Positions 45,195 to 54,390 of a stretch of DNA of 64,000 bases are shown one piece after another. Both the position numbers and the translations under genes were made by a program. Position 1 is the stretch's first letter, and each line of letters opens with the position of its first letter. Origin of the DNA: Chloroflexota bacterium. GTDB lineage: Bacteria > Chloroflexota > Anaerolineae > UBA4142. The notes under the pieces were generated by a model. That model had not been told where the DNA came from. It saw only the letters and a program-made list of their open reading frames with translations, and did no database searches. Where the stretch lies: the NCBI GenBank assembly GCA_037440625.1, contig JBBITT010000005.1, forward strand, positions 41,492-105,491. Reading direction: 5' to 3'.

Positions 45195-45210
45195 CTGATT
45201 GTGAGTAAAC

Positions 45211-45314
45211 GTAACTGCTCAGCCCTTCTCAAATTACCGCAGAGACGCCGAGGGCGCGGAGAAAAAAACAAAATGAAACTCGGCGTTCTCTGCGCCTCTG
45301 CGGTGAGTAGTTAC
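45211..45314. mobile_element. 104-bp MITE-like element, copy B (inverted relative to copy A)
   Basis: Perfect 8-bp direct repeat GAGTAAAC at 45203-45210 and 45315-45322. One mismatch to the reverse complement of copy A. The track ORF 45234..45425 is an artefact of this element. Confidence 0.85.
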
Positions 45315-45442
45315 GAGTAAACATAAAAAGAGAGACGATTTACGCCTCTCTTCGAAACTCGCACAAATTTCATAAAGAACGTCCGCAATTCCTCGATTGT
45401 TTTCATCTGACCGCTGGCGTGCCAACGGAGAATGGACGATCC

Positions 45443-46852
45443 CTATCCTTTGACCTCATAGAGCCGTTCTTTGATGGCGAGAACCTCGCGTCGCCGGTTA
45501 TCATCCATCTCGATTTGCTCAGCGATTTTATCATGGGCGTACATCACGGTGGTATGATCGCGCCCACCGAGTATCTCGCCAATCTGCGGGAGCGAGGCAT
45601 CGGTCTCTTCGCGCAACAAGTACATAGCTACTTGGCGTGGCAAAACCACCTCTTTGTTGCGACTGCGTCCTGCTAGATCGTTAACATCCACGTTGTAAAA
45701 ATCGGCGACCGCTTGCAAAACCTGATCCACGGTTACCGGCTTGTGGCGCAAAATATCTTGCAACACCGTATTTGCCAATTCGACACTCATTGTGGCTTTC
45801 ATCAATTGGGCATATCCCAGCACGCGGGTTAACGCCCCTTCTAGTTCACGGATGTTGCTTTGGACTTTATGGGCAATCAAGTCAATGACCTCGGTGGGGA
45901 CCGGGGCGCCGAGCGCATCGGCTTTGGTACGTAAAATGGCGATCCGCATTTCCAGATCAGGCGGCTGAATATCGGTGATCATACCGCCTTCAAAGCGTGA
46001 GCGTACGCGTTCTTCAAGTGTCGGGATGGCGCGCGGATGGCGATCGCTGGAAATAACGATTTGTTTATTGGCGGCATAGAGATGATTGAACGTATGGAAA
46101 AATTCTTCCTGGGTTGCTTCCTTGCCAGCGATGAACTGAATATCGTCAATCAGCAGCACATCAATCTCGCGATAGATGCGACGAAATTCGTTGGTGGTTT
46201 GATTGCGAATTGCGTTGATGAGATCGTTGGTAAAAGTTTCGGAGGAGACGTAAAGCACACGTCTGCTTCGCACGACCGGGTGTTGACCCAGGGCGTGAAG
46301 CAAATGAGTCTTGCCCAACCCGGTCCCCCCATAGATGAACAAGGGATTGTACGATTCGCCGGGATGTTCGGCAACCGCCAATGCCGCCGCATGCGCCAAC
46401 CGATTTGAATTGCCAACGATAAACGTGGCGAACGTGTACTTGGAATTCAGCGGACGTGCACGTCCCATCAAATCATTGGCGGGTAGTTGAGCAGTGGATT
46501 GTTCGTCCATTCTTGATTCGTCCGGCGGACTGTTCAACGCACGGTGTAACGGTTCCGAGTTCCCAGCGTCGTCTGCCGATCCATGACGGGGAATGTTCTT
46601 GTCTTTAACGACGTACTGAATAGTTACTGGCTCGCCCACAATACCGGTGATGGTGCGATGAATGGTTGCTTGCAAACGGTTCTCTAACCATTCTTTGGCG
46701 TACGCGCTGTGGACGCCAACAATCAACGCACCATTATTATACTCAATTGCGTGTGTAGGTCTAACCCACGTATCAAACGTGGCTTTGGTCATTTGCAGTT
46801 GTAATTCGCCAAGGGTGGCGTGCCAAATGTCCTGTGCATTCATAGATGGCAA
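45443..46852 (-). CDS. dnaA: Chromosomal replication initiator protein DnaA
   Basis: Walker A GGTGLGKTHL, box VII, and the C-terminal DNA-binding helix LPQIGEILGGRDHTTVMYAHDKI. The start is either TTG at 46852 or ATG at 46843. Confidence 0.93.
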   Translation of the reverse strand: MPSMNAQDIWHATLGELQLQMTKATFDTWVRPTHAIEYNNGALIVGVHSAYAKEWLENRLQATIHRTITGIVGEPVTIQYVVKDKNIPRHGSADDAGNSEPLHRALNSPPDESRMDEQSTAQLPANDLMGRARPLNSKYTFATFIVGNSNRLAHAAALAVAEHPGESYNPLFIYGGTGLGKTHLLHALGQHPVVRSRRVLYVSSETFTNDLINAIRNQTTNEFRRIYREIDVLLIDDIQFIAGKEATQEEFFHTFNHLYAANKQIVISSDRHPRAIPTLEERVRSRFEGGMITDIQPPDLEMRIAILRTKADALGAPVPTEVIDLIAHKVQSNIRELEGALTRVLGYAQLMKATMSVELANTVLQDILRHKPVTVDQVLQAVADFYNVDVNDLAGRSRNKEVVLPRQVAMYLLREETDASLPQIGEILGGRDHTTVMYAHDKIAEQIEMDDNRRREVLAIKERLYEVKG

Positions 46853-46934
46853 TCGAAATAGAAAGAAAGGTGGGGTTTAGGGGCGCAGACATTCTATTAC
46901 AACTTGGTGAGCCACGCAAGAGGGAAACCTTAAA

Positions 46935-47140
46935 AAAGAAATCTGCGCCGCCGGTTTTTAAGATTCGATTTTTATACAACGATAACCTGTACCGGAAAAA
47001 TAAATTGTGGAAGCACAGTGTATTTCGGAAGAATAAAAATTTTTCTGGTTTCACAAATACTAAATCTAGTATTGGATCATGACTGACCGCACAAGAGTTG
47101 TGGATACAAATGAGCCATTCGGGGGATTGAGTGTGGAAAA
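46935..47140. other. AT-rich region plus DnaA boxes upstream of dnaA (putative oriC part 2 / dnaA promoter)
   Basis: AT-rich tract from about 46935 to 47075. TGTGGAAGC at about 47006, TGTGGATAC at 47099-47107, and TGTGGAAAA at 47132-47140. Confidence 0.55.
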
Positions 47141-47161
47141 GATGTGGTATAATGCCTTGCC

Positions 47162-49102
47162 ATGTTCAAGCGAATTCTTTTATTGCTCTTGCTGGCTTTG
47201 ATAGTCATCGGTGTGTATCTGTATGACGTCGCAACCGAAACGCGCGAATTGTCCGGCATTGTGCGCGATGCTATAACCCGCGCCCCCATCGAACACATTC
47301 AAGTTGCGGCGGCGGGTTCGGTTACGACGACGGATGCGCAAGGTTACTATACCATTCGTATTCCGCGCGGCACAGTGATCCTCACGGCTCGAGGCGATGG
47401 TTATGATGTGGCGCAAATTGAACTGAACGGAAACGATCTATTCGCACGTACCTTTGCCGTTGATTTTGAATTGCAACCTACGCCCTTGATCGTTACAGTC
47501 TACGATGCAGAAACTCATCAACCCTTGCCCAATGTCCAAGTGGTGGTCGGAACGCGTTCATTGATGACGAATGCCCAAGGAACGGTGGAATTACGCGGCA
47601 TTAAAACCGGCACATCGTTTGCAGCGCAGGCACCGGGGTATTTACCCACTGCGGTGACGTACGATGGGCAAGGCAATTTCAATCTTTTGCTCACGCCGAA
47701 CACGGTGAACGTGAGTGTGCATAATCGGTACACCAATCAACCGGTTGCCAACGCCAAACTGCAAACAAGTCATCAAACCATTCCGCTCGATGGGCAAGGC
47801 CGTACCACGTTGCATCGCATCATGCCGGGTTCTACCATCACGGCGACGGCCAATGGTTTTGAACCAATCAGTCTGCAATTCAACGGCGGTGATCTGGAAT
47901 TTGCTTTGCGCCCCACCACGTTCGATGGAATTGTTCTCGATGCGTCTACTAATCAACCCATTAGTGGTACGCTCGTATACTTGGGCAATACCATTGTGGC
48001 GACCAATGCCAAGGGTGAATTTCATCTCGATAATGTTCCGACACAAGCATCGCTGATGCTCAAAGCGCCCGGCTATCGCAAGACGAGCGTGGACGTGAGT
48101 GGTGTGATACAGCGCGAAATCAAATTGAATCCATTTCTCGTCAAGGGGATTCATCTTCCCTTTGGTACCACGGAAGAACGTTGGCGCGAAGTAATCGAAT
48201 GGACAACTAAAACCGAATTAAATGCGATTGTTCTCAGCGTCAAAGCCGAACGCGGACGATTGATGTGGGACAGTCAGGTTCCGCTTGCCAAGCAAATTGG
48301 TGCGGCATACTTGCAGGGAGTTGACCTCAAGCGGGTCATTGAAGATTGCAAAGCGTACAATCTCTATTGCATCGCACGCTTGCCGGTCTTTCAAGATAAC
48401 TTGCTGGCTTCAGCGCGTCCCAACCTCGCGGCACGATTGGCGAACGGAACAGTCTTTGTTGAAAACGGCGGACAACAATGGCTTAATCCCTTTGTGCAAG
48501 ACAATTGGAATTACGCGATTGCGCTTGCCAAAGAACTGGCGGCTATGGGCTTTGAGGAAATTCAATTCGATTACGTGCGCTTTCCCGGCATCGTCAACAC
48601 AATTGCGTGGGGGATCGATTATAACGAAGAGACGCGCATCGCGGCGATCACCGGTTTTCTGGCGCGCGCACAAAAAGAATTGCGTCCGACCGGCGTTTTC
48701 GTTTCAGCGGATGTGTTTGGTTTGACGACCGCGACCGATGATGATCAACACACGGGACAACGCCTGCGCGATTTGGGTCCCTACCTAGATTATCTTTCGC
48801 CGATGGTTTATCCCGACACGTGGGTGGAAGCGCGGGATTTACTGATGCGCGGTTTGCAAATCAAAAATTGTACAGAAGCCAATCTCTGTCCGTACGACGT
48901 GATCTATAACAGTTACAAACGCGCCGCAGAAAAGACGTCCACCAAAATTCGGTTGTGGTTACAAGCGTACGCGGGACGCGGCGATTTTGGGATCGCGCAG
49001 TATCGTGTCCAGAAAAAAGCCGCCACTGATGCGGGCAGTTACGGCTGGATGTTTTGGAACGGGCAAGGGATTTACGATCCTAAAATGTTTGACAGCAAGT
49101 AA
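47162..49102 (+). CDS. Membrane-anchored protein with ~4 CarboxypepD_reg-like beta-sandwich repeats and a C-terminal DUF4015-type putative glycoside hydrolase (TIM barrel)
   Basis: N-terminal TM. Repeated motifs (G.V.DA.T..P......V......TDA.G.Y). The C-terminus VKGIHLPF...NAIVLSVK...WLNPF...EIQFDYVRFPG resembles DUF4015. TGGTATAAT ends 8 nt before the ATG. Confidence 0.6.
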   Translation: MFKRILLLLLLALIVIGVYLYDVATETRELSGIVRDAITRAPIEHIQVAAAGSVTTTDAQGYYTIRIPRGTVILTARGDGYDVAQIELNGNDLFARTFAVDFELQPTPLIVTVYDAETHQPLPNVQVVVGTRSLMTNAQGTVELRGIKTGTSFAAQAPGYLPTAVTYDGQGNFNLLLTPNTVNVSVHNRYTNQPVANAKLQTSHQTIPLDGQGRTTLHRIMPGSTITATANGFEPISLQFNGGDLEFALRPTTFDGIVLDASTNQPISGTLVYLGNTIVATNAKGEFHLDNVPTQASLMLKAPGYRKTSVDVSGVIQREIKLNPFLVKGIHLPFGTTEERWREVIEWTTKTELNAIVLSVKAERGRLMWDSQVPLAKQIGAAYLQGVDLKRVIEDCKAYNLYCIARLPVFQDNLLASARPNLAARLANGTVFVENGGQQWLNPFVQDNWNYAIALAKELAAMGFEEIQFDYVRFPGIVNTIAWGIDYNEETRIAAITGFLARAQKELRPTGVFVSADVFGLTTATDDDQHTGQRLRDLGPYLDYLSPMVYPDTWVEARDLLMRGLQIKNCTEANLCPYDVIYNSYKRAAEKTSTKIRLWLQAYAGRGDFGIAQYRVQKKAATDAGSYGWMFWNGQGIYDPKMFDSK

Positions 49103-49112
49103 ACTGTGCCAT

Positions 49113-50219
49113 TTATTCACGGGTGAGCATTGCAATCACCTTGCGATTCGCTTTCGGAAATGCATAATCGTCCAACTCACGCGGCGTAACCCATTTCCAC
49201 GTAGTGCATCCAAGCGCGCGCGGACGCCCGCTCACCCAACGACAATGAAACACGTGCAGCGTGATCCGAAAATGTGAATAGGCGTGAGCTATCGTTGCAA
49301 TTTTCTCACCCACCTTGACCCAGACACCCAACTCTTCTTTCACTTCGCGCCGCACGCACGCTTCCAGTGATTCATTGTTCTGGCGGTGTCCGCCCGGAAA
49401 CTCCCACAACCCGCCTAATAATTTTTCCGCCGGACGTTGTGCAATCAAAATTTTGCCGCCCTTCCAAATCACACCAACGCCAATTTCATGATGCGGTAAT
49501 TTTTTCTTCTTGCTCTTGGTGGGCAGTTTTGCTTGCCAGCCCAATCGCCGTGCCGCACACGTTCGATGGAGCGGGCATTTGACGCACGATGGATTGCGCG
49601 GAACGCAGATCGTTGCGCCCAGTTCCATCAAACCTTGATTGAAATCGCCGGCGCGTCCGCTGGGCAACAATGCTTTAGCGAGTTGCCACAATTGCTTTTG
49701 CGTGGCACTGCTCTTGGGATCACCTTTTATCTTGAAATGCCGGCACAGTACGCGCGCGACGTTCCCATCCAACACCGGCGCATCTTGCTGGAACGCGATG
49801 CTTGCGATCGCGCCGGCGGTGTAACGCCCAATACCGGGCAAGGTCATTAACTCGTCAACTGTGCTGGGCAGTTTGCCACCCCATCGCGCCACAAGCTCTT
49901 GAGCGGCGCGGTGCAAGTTGCGTGCACGCGCATAATAACCTGCACCTTCCCACACTTTGAGTACATCATCGAGTTTGGCGTTGGCGAGTGCTTGCACGTT
50001 TGGAAACCGCGAGAGGAAACGTTCATAGTACGGCATTACGGTTGCCACTTGTGTCTGTTGCAACAGAATTTCCGAAATCCAAACGCGGTACGGATCGTTC
50101 GCATCGTGTCGCCAAGGGAGATCACGTTTGTGTTTGGCATACCATGCCAGCAACCGTGCCGCAAATTGCTTTCTGTTAACTGCCTTCTGCCGATGGCTTA
50201 CTGCTTTTGGGCGTCCCAT
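49113..50219 (-). CDS. mutY: A/G-specific adenine glycosylase MutY
   Basis: HhH-GPD LPGIGRYTAGAIASIAF, 4Fe-4S cluster CVPRNPSCVKCPLHRTC, and a NUDIX-like C-terminal domain. I chose the ATG at 50219 (the track start at 50324 is over-extended), giving a 22-nt overlap with the GNAT gene. Confidence 0.88.
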   Translation of the reverse strand: MGRPKAVSHRQKAVNRKQFAARLLAWYAKHKRDLPWRHDANDPYRVWISEILLQQTQVATVMPYYERFLSRFPNVQALANAKLDDVLKVWEGAGYYARARNLHRAAQELVARWGGKLPSTVDELMTLPGIGRYTAGAIASIAFQQDAPVLDGNVARVLCRHFKIKGDPKSSATQKQLWQLAKALLPSGRAGDFNQGLMELGATICVPRNPSCVKCPLHRTCAARRLGWQAKLPTKSKKKKLPHHEIGVGVIWKGGKILIAQRPAEKLLGGLWEFPGGHRQNNESLEACVRREVKEELGVWVKVGEKIATIAHAYSHFRITLHVFHCRWVSGRPRALGCTTWKWVTPRELDDYAFPKANRKVIAMLTRE

Positions 50220-50737
50220 TCTTCCCGCAAGATACTCATCAAATACTCGTCGTGGAACTTGCCGTTGCGATACAACCCTTGCCGACGTGTGCCACAGCGA
50301 TGAAAGCCGGCTTTTTCGTAGCATCGAATCGCGCGCGGATTGAACGCGTACACTTCCAACTCGACCAGATTCAAACCAAGTTCCTCGAACGCAAAGCGGA
50401 GCATCGTTTTTGTCGCATCGGTGCCGTATCCTTGGCTCCAGTAATTCTTGTCGCCGATGAAAATCCCAAATTCCGCTTTGCGATTCTTGAAATCAACCTT
50501 GTGCAAGCCACAATTGCCAATCAATTTGTTGTCGTCTAAAGTGAGGATCGCAAAGATAAAACTATCTTTCGACTTGCGCCGGTTCTCGAACCAATCGGTC
50601 TCGTCTTCTAGATTGAACGGTACAAGAATGCCGGGATTCAAAAACTGTGCGACTTGCCAATCGTTCAGCCATTCCACATATTTGGGCAAATACTCACGTT
50701 GCACCGCTGCGAGTTGCACCTTTTCACCGCGAAACAT
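50198..50737 (-). CDS. GNAT family N-acetyltransferase (RimJ/RimL-like)
   Basis: Acetyl-CoA-binding-type motif WSQGYGTDA. GGAGG lies upstream of the ATG at 50737. Confidence 0.8.
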   Translation of the reverse strand: MFRGEKVQLAAVQREYLPKYVEWLNDWQVAQFLNPGILVPFNLEDETDWFENRRKSKDSFIFAILTLDDNKLIGNCGLHKVDFKNRKAEFGIFIGDKNYWSQGYGTDATKTMLRFAFEELGLNLVELEVYAFNPRAIRCYEKAGFHRCGTRRQGLYRNGKFHDEYLMSILREEWDAQKQ

Positions 50738-50915
50738 GGTAACCTCCGGGGAGAAGATAGCGTGTAGAGATAGAGTAAGTAGTGATGAGTATAGCACGAA
50801 ATTTACTGTGTGAACAATTTTACTAAACTCGCCGTTCGCAGTACAATTGAACCAACCCTATCCTACACTCTAACCCTATACTCTGTCTCTACACTCTAGA
50901 TTTTCCGAGGTTTTC

Positions 50916-52040
50916 ATGCGTGAATTTATTGACGGTGCCGAAGCCATCGTGCGTGGCGCGCTGGCATCGGGATGCAACTTTTTTGCCGGCTATCCTATCA
51001 CGCCGGCAACACCCATTCTTTTGCAAATGTTGCGCGAACTCCCCAAGCGCGGCGGCATCGGTATTCAAGGCGAAGACGAAATTGCCAGCATTGGGATGTG
51101 CATTGGTGCGGCGATGACTGGGATGAAAGCCATGACGGCGACGAGTGGTCCCGGCATCAGTCTCTATTCCGAAAACATCGGTATGGCGATCATGGGCGAA
51201 GTTCCGCTGGTCATTGTGGACGTGATGCGCTTGGGTCCTGCGACCGGCGGCGCAACCACCGTCTCGCAAGGCGATGTGCAATTTCTGCGCTGGTGTACCA
51301 GCGGCGGTTTTCCGGTGATTGCTTTATGTCCCAGCAATTTGGCAGAATGTTTTACGTTGACGATGCATGCGTTCAACCTCGCCGAAAAATTCCGGACGCC
51401 AGTGTTTATTGCGACCGATAAAGAAACCGTCTCGACGCAACAAAGTGTGGATACGGACACATTCCAGCACATCGAAATCATCAATCGGACGTACGCGTCT
51501 GCCGATGCCGAGTTTATTCCGTATCACATCAAAAAACTTGCCGATGTACCCGCGTTCGCGCCGATGGGGGGAACGCATCTCACGCGCTTGACCACTTCGA
51601 TGCACGATGAACATGGTATGTTGACCAAAAAACCTTCCAACGTGAACAAGACGAGCCGACATCTCTATCAAAAGATCGAAGCGCATCGTGCCGAGTTGGA
51701 ATGGGCGCACCTCGATGCCGAGCCCGGGGCAACCACGTTAGTGGTGGGTTACGGAATTTCCACGCGTTCGATGATCCAAGCCGTGCGAAATGCCCGGGCG
51801 AGCGGACAACGCGTTTCGATGTTGACCCTGCAATCGCTTTATCCGGTCCCGGAACAATCGTTGCGCAAGGCGATGGCAGGAAGATCACGCATCCTTGTGC
51901 CAGAGTTGAATTTTGGACAATATCGTTTGGAGATCGAGCGTGTGGCGGCGAGCGTGGATCCGCGGCCAGCGGTGATCGGTGTGAACCGGGTGGATGGGGA
52001 ATTGATCACGCCGGAAGAAATTCAAGATCGAATGATCTAG
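50916..52040 (+). CDS. 2-oxoacid:ferredoxin oxidoreductase subunit alpha
   Basis: GAEAIVRGALASGCNFFAGYPITPAT...EDEIASIGMCIGAAMTGMKAMTATSGPGISL. About 374 aa, typical of KorA/OorA. Confidence 0.85.
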   Translation: MREFIDGAEAIVRGALASGCNFFAGYPITPATPILLQMLRELPKRGGIGIQGEDEIASIGMCIGAAMTGMKAMTATSGPGISLYSENIGMAIMGEVPLVIVDVMRLGPATGGATTVSQGDVQFLRWCTSGGFPVIALCPSNLAECFTLTMHAFNLAEKFRTPVFIATDKETVSTQQSVDTDTFQHIEIINRTYASADAEFIPYHIKKLADVPAFAPMGGTHLTRLTTSMHDEHGMLTKKPSNVNKTSRHLYQKIEAHRAELEWAHLDAEPGATTLVVGYGISTRSMIQAVRNARASGQRVSMLTLQSLYPVPEQSLRKAMAGRSRILVPELNFGQYRLEIERVAASVDPRPAVIGVNRVDGELITPEEIQDRMI

Positions 52041-52054
52041 CGCGGGAGGAGATC

Positions 52055-52906
52055 ATGCCAAGAATCGCTGTGGTTACGGATAGCGCATCGTGTATTCCGC
52101 TTGCGCTAAAAGAATCATTGCGGATCTACGAGATTCCGTTTGAACTGATTTGGGATGGCGTCGTGTATCGTGATGGGGTGGATATTGCGCCGGCGGAATT
52201 TTACCGGCGGTTTCGTGTACCCAATCACACGTATCCCACTACTTCGCAACCTCGTTTGGGTGCGTTCATTTCACTCTACACCGAACTGAGCAAACAGTAC
52301 GATGGAATTGTTTCGATTCACGTTGCCGGCGAAATGACCGGCACGGTGCGCACGGCAAGGTTAGCGGCAGATCAGGTCAATCATTTCCCCATCCGCGTAC
52401 TGGATTCACGCACCGCAACGATTGCTGAAGGATTTGTGGTGATTGCTGCCGCGCGTGCCGCTGTCCAAGGGGCATCGCTCGATCAAGTGGTTGCGGAGGC
52501 AGAGCGCGTGATCGCCCGCGTGGATTTTTTCGCCACGTTGAAAACGTTGGAGCATATTCATCGCGGTGGGCGCTTGGGTGAAGCGGCGGTGTTGTTGGGC
52601 AATCAACTAAAAATCGTACCCATTTTGAATTTGAAGAGCGGTCGCGTGAGTGTGGTAGGCGTTACCCGCGCGTGGAAATATGCGCGTGAAAAGATCGTTG
52701 AACTTGCCGCCGAACGATTGCGGGAGAAAACGTTGGTGCATGCCTCGGTTTTTCACGCCGATGCGCCCGATGACACGCAGTGGTTGCAAGCACAGTTGCT
52801 CGCGCGCGTGCAGTGTTCGGAATTTTACGTAACCGAGTTTTCACCGGTGATGGGGGCGCACACCGGTCCGGATGTGGTAGGAATTGCGTTTTATGCCGAT
52901 GATTAG
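52055..52906 (+). CDS. DegV family fatty-acid-binding protein (FakB-like)
   Basis: MPRIAVVTDSASCIP... and later ...TSQP... are DegV hallmarks. GGGAGGAG lies upstream. The track ORF 51701..52906 is over-extended. Confidence 0.85.
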   Translation: MPRIAVVTDSASCIPLALKESLRIYEIPFELIWDGVVYRDGVDIAPAEFYRRFRVPNHTYPTTSQPRLGAFISLYTELSKQYDGIVSIHVAGEMTGTVRTARLAADQVNHFPIRVLDSRTATIAEGFVVIAAARAAVQGASLDQVVAEAERVIARVDFFATLKTLEHIHRGGRLGEAAVLLGNQLKIVPILNLKSGRVSVVGVTRAWKYAREKIVELAAERLREKTLVHASVFHADAPDDTQWLQAQLLARVQCSEFYVTEFSPVMGAHTGPDVVGIAFYADD

Positions 52907-53558
52907 CGGACTCGCTTTACTGATCGCCAGCTATCTGTGGGGTTCGCTCTCGCCGGCGTACATTGTGGTCCGGCTCAAAAAAGGCATTGACTTGCGTGAG
53001 TACGGTACCGGCACAGTCGGCGGGGCGAACGTGCGCAAACAACTTGGAATGGCTTGGATGTTTGGCGTGGGCGCGCTCGATGTGCTGAAAGGAATGTTGC
53101 CGCCCATCGTGATGCAAAACCTAGGATTCGATCTCTCGTTCGTCATCCTAGCAAGTCTGACGACCATCCTAGGACACAATTGGTCCTTGTTCCTCGGTTT
53201 CAAAGGTGGGCGCGGCGTTGGGGCGACCGTGGGCGTCTTGTTTGTGTGGGATGTATGGCTGGCAATGGTTTTCTTAATCGCGCTGGCGATTGGCTGGGTC
53301 ATCCAACAAGGCGCACCCGCGACTGCGATGGGGTTGATTTTGCTCACACCAATCGCGTGGCGTCTGAACGACACACCGGCAATTGTGTGGGGATGTGTGG
53401 GCTTGGCAATCATCATCTTTACCAAACGCTTGGAAGCGAATCGCTTGCCGTTGCCGCGCGATGAAAAAGAAAAACGAGCCGTGCTCTGGCGACGGCTCTG
53501 GCTCGACCGTGATATTCCATCCGATCAAGCATGGCAAGATCGCGGACGGATCGTCTGA
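52899..53558 (+). CDS. plsY: Glycerol-3-phosphate acyltransferase PlsY
   Basis: SYLWGSLSPAYIV...GTGTVGGANV...GHNWSLFLGFKGGRGVGAT motifs. The start overlaps the degV stop, with an alternative ATG at 52893. Confidence 0.88.
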   Translation: MISGLALLIASYLWGSLSPAYIVVRLKKGIDLREYGTGTVGGANVRKQLGMAWMFGVGALDVLKGMLPPIVMQNLGFDLSFVILASLTTILGHNWSLFLGFKGGRGVGATVGVLFVWDVWLAMVFLIALAIGWVIQQGAPATAMGLILLTPIAWRLNDTPAIVWGCVGLAIIIFTKRLEANRLPLPRDEKEKRAVLWRRLWLDRDIPSDQAWQDRGRIV

Positions 53559-54293
53559 TCATTCGCGGATCACACGTGCGACCAACGCGCCCACGCGCGG
53601 ATTCGTCCAATAGCGATGGGATTGCAAACGACTGCGCGTGCCGGCGATGCACTCGTCGCGGATGGGATAGTGCGGAAAGACCGGCGCAATCGGCGCGGCA
53701 ACAAGATCGCGCGGCGCGTACAGGTTCAGCCAACGCCGCACCGTTTGCGGATTGATCGCACCCAGATCGGCATCGCGTTGACCGGTGCGGACGAGTGTAC
53801 GCAAAGGACAACCGAGCGTTATCCACGCGGCGATGTTGTAGCGATGGGCTTCTTCGCGTAACACATCGAACGCGACGAGACAACCCAGACTCTCGCTAAT
53901 CAAAACGATTTCGTCGCCGCGGCGGGTCAGTTCATCGAGCGTGCGGCGCAAACGTTCGCGGATCGCTTCGCGGCGGCGCGAGGGAATGAAATAGGCGATG
54001 ACGCCGTCCACGCCGTTGACCATGCGATGAAGTGCATCGGCAAGGCGGGCGACGATGCGAACCACATGTTTGGATGGACGACCGAGCAGAAATTCGGCAA
54101 GGGAATGGACGCGCGCAATCAGCCATGCGCCCACCTTTGCCACATATGCGCCTGTATCAATCAAATCGCCCCACCAGACGGGGTGGTGATGCGGGAGATG
54201 TCCCAAATGCTGGGCAAGGGTTTGCATTTGGGCGATACCAAAATTTTGGTCCGTGCGGCCCGTGCCGTGGATCGTTACAATGACTCGACTCAT
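53559..54293 (-). CDS. Hypothetical alpha/beta-hydrolase-like protein
   Basis: MSRVIVTIHGTGRT... and a nucleophile-elbow-like ISESLG. No confident family. Its stop abuts the plsY stop. Confidence 0.4.
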   Translation of the reverse strand: MSRVIVTIHGTGRTDQNFGIAQMQTLAQHLGHLPHHHPVWWGDLIDTGAYVAKVGAWLIARVHSLAEFLLGRPSKHVVRIVARLADALHRMVNGVDGVIAYFIPSRRREAIRERLRRTLDELTRRGDEIVLISESLGCLVAFDVLREEAHRYNIAAWITLGCPLRTLVRTGQRDADLGAINPQTVRRWLNLYAPRDLVAAPIAPVFPHYPIRDECIAGTRSRLQSHRYWTNPRVGALVARVIRE

Positions 54294-54390
54294 AATCTGA
54301 AAAAAGAACACTGCGCGATGGAACCAGCGCAGTTCAAGGTGACTAGAATATAGCACAACTTGCTCAAAGATGCAACAGGAGTAAAGTACT

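Noticed and set aside
45234-45425. 63-aa ORF (and the 100-aa ORF at 35122..35424) over the repeat element
   Set aside because: These are translations of the MITE palindrome. They occur in opposite contexts at the two copies and have no SD.
50762-50894. The inverted-repeat pair interpreted as a second MITE
   Set aside because: There is no target-site duplication (flanks AAGATAGC versus TCTAGATT) and no second copy in the window. It is kept only as a possible regulatory structure.
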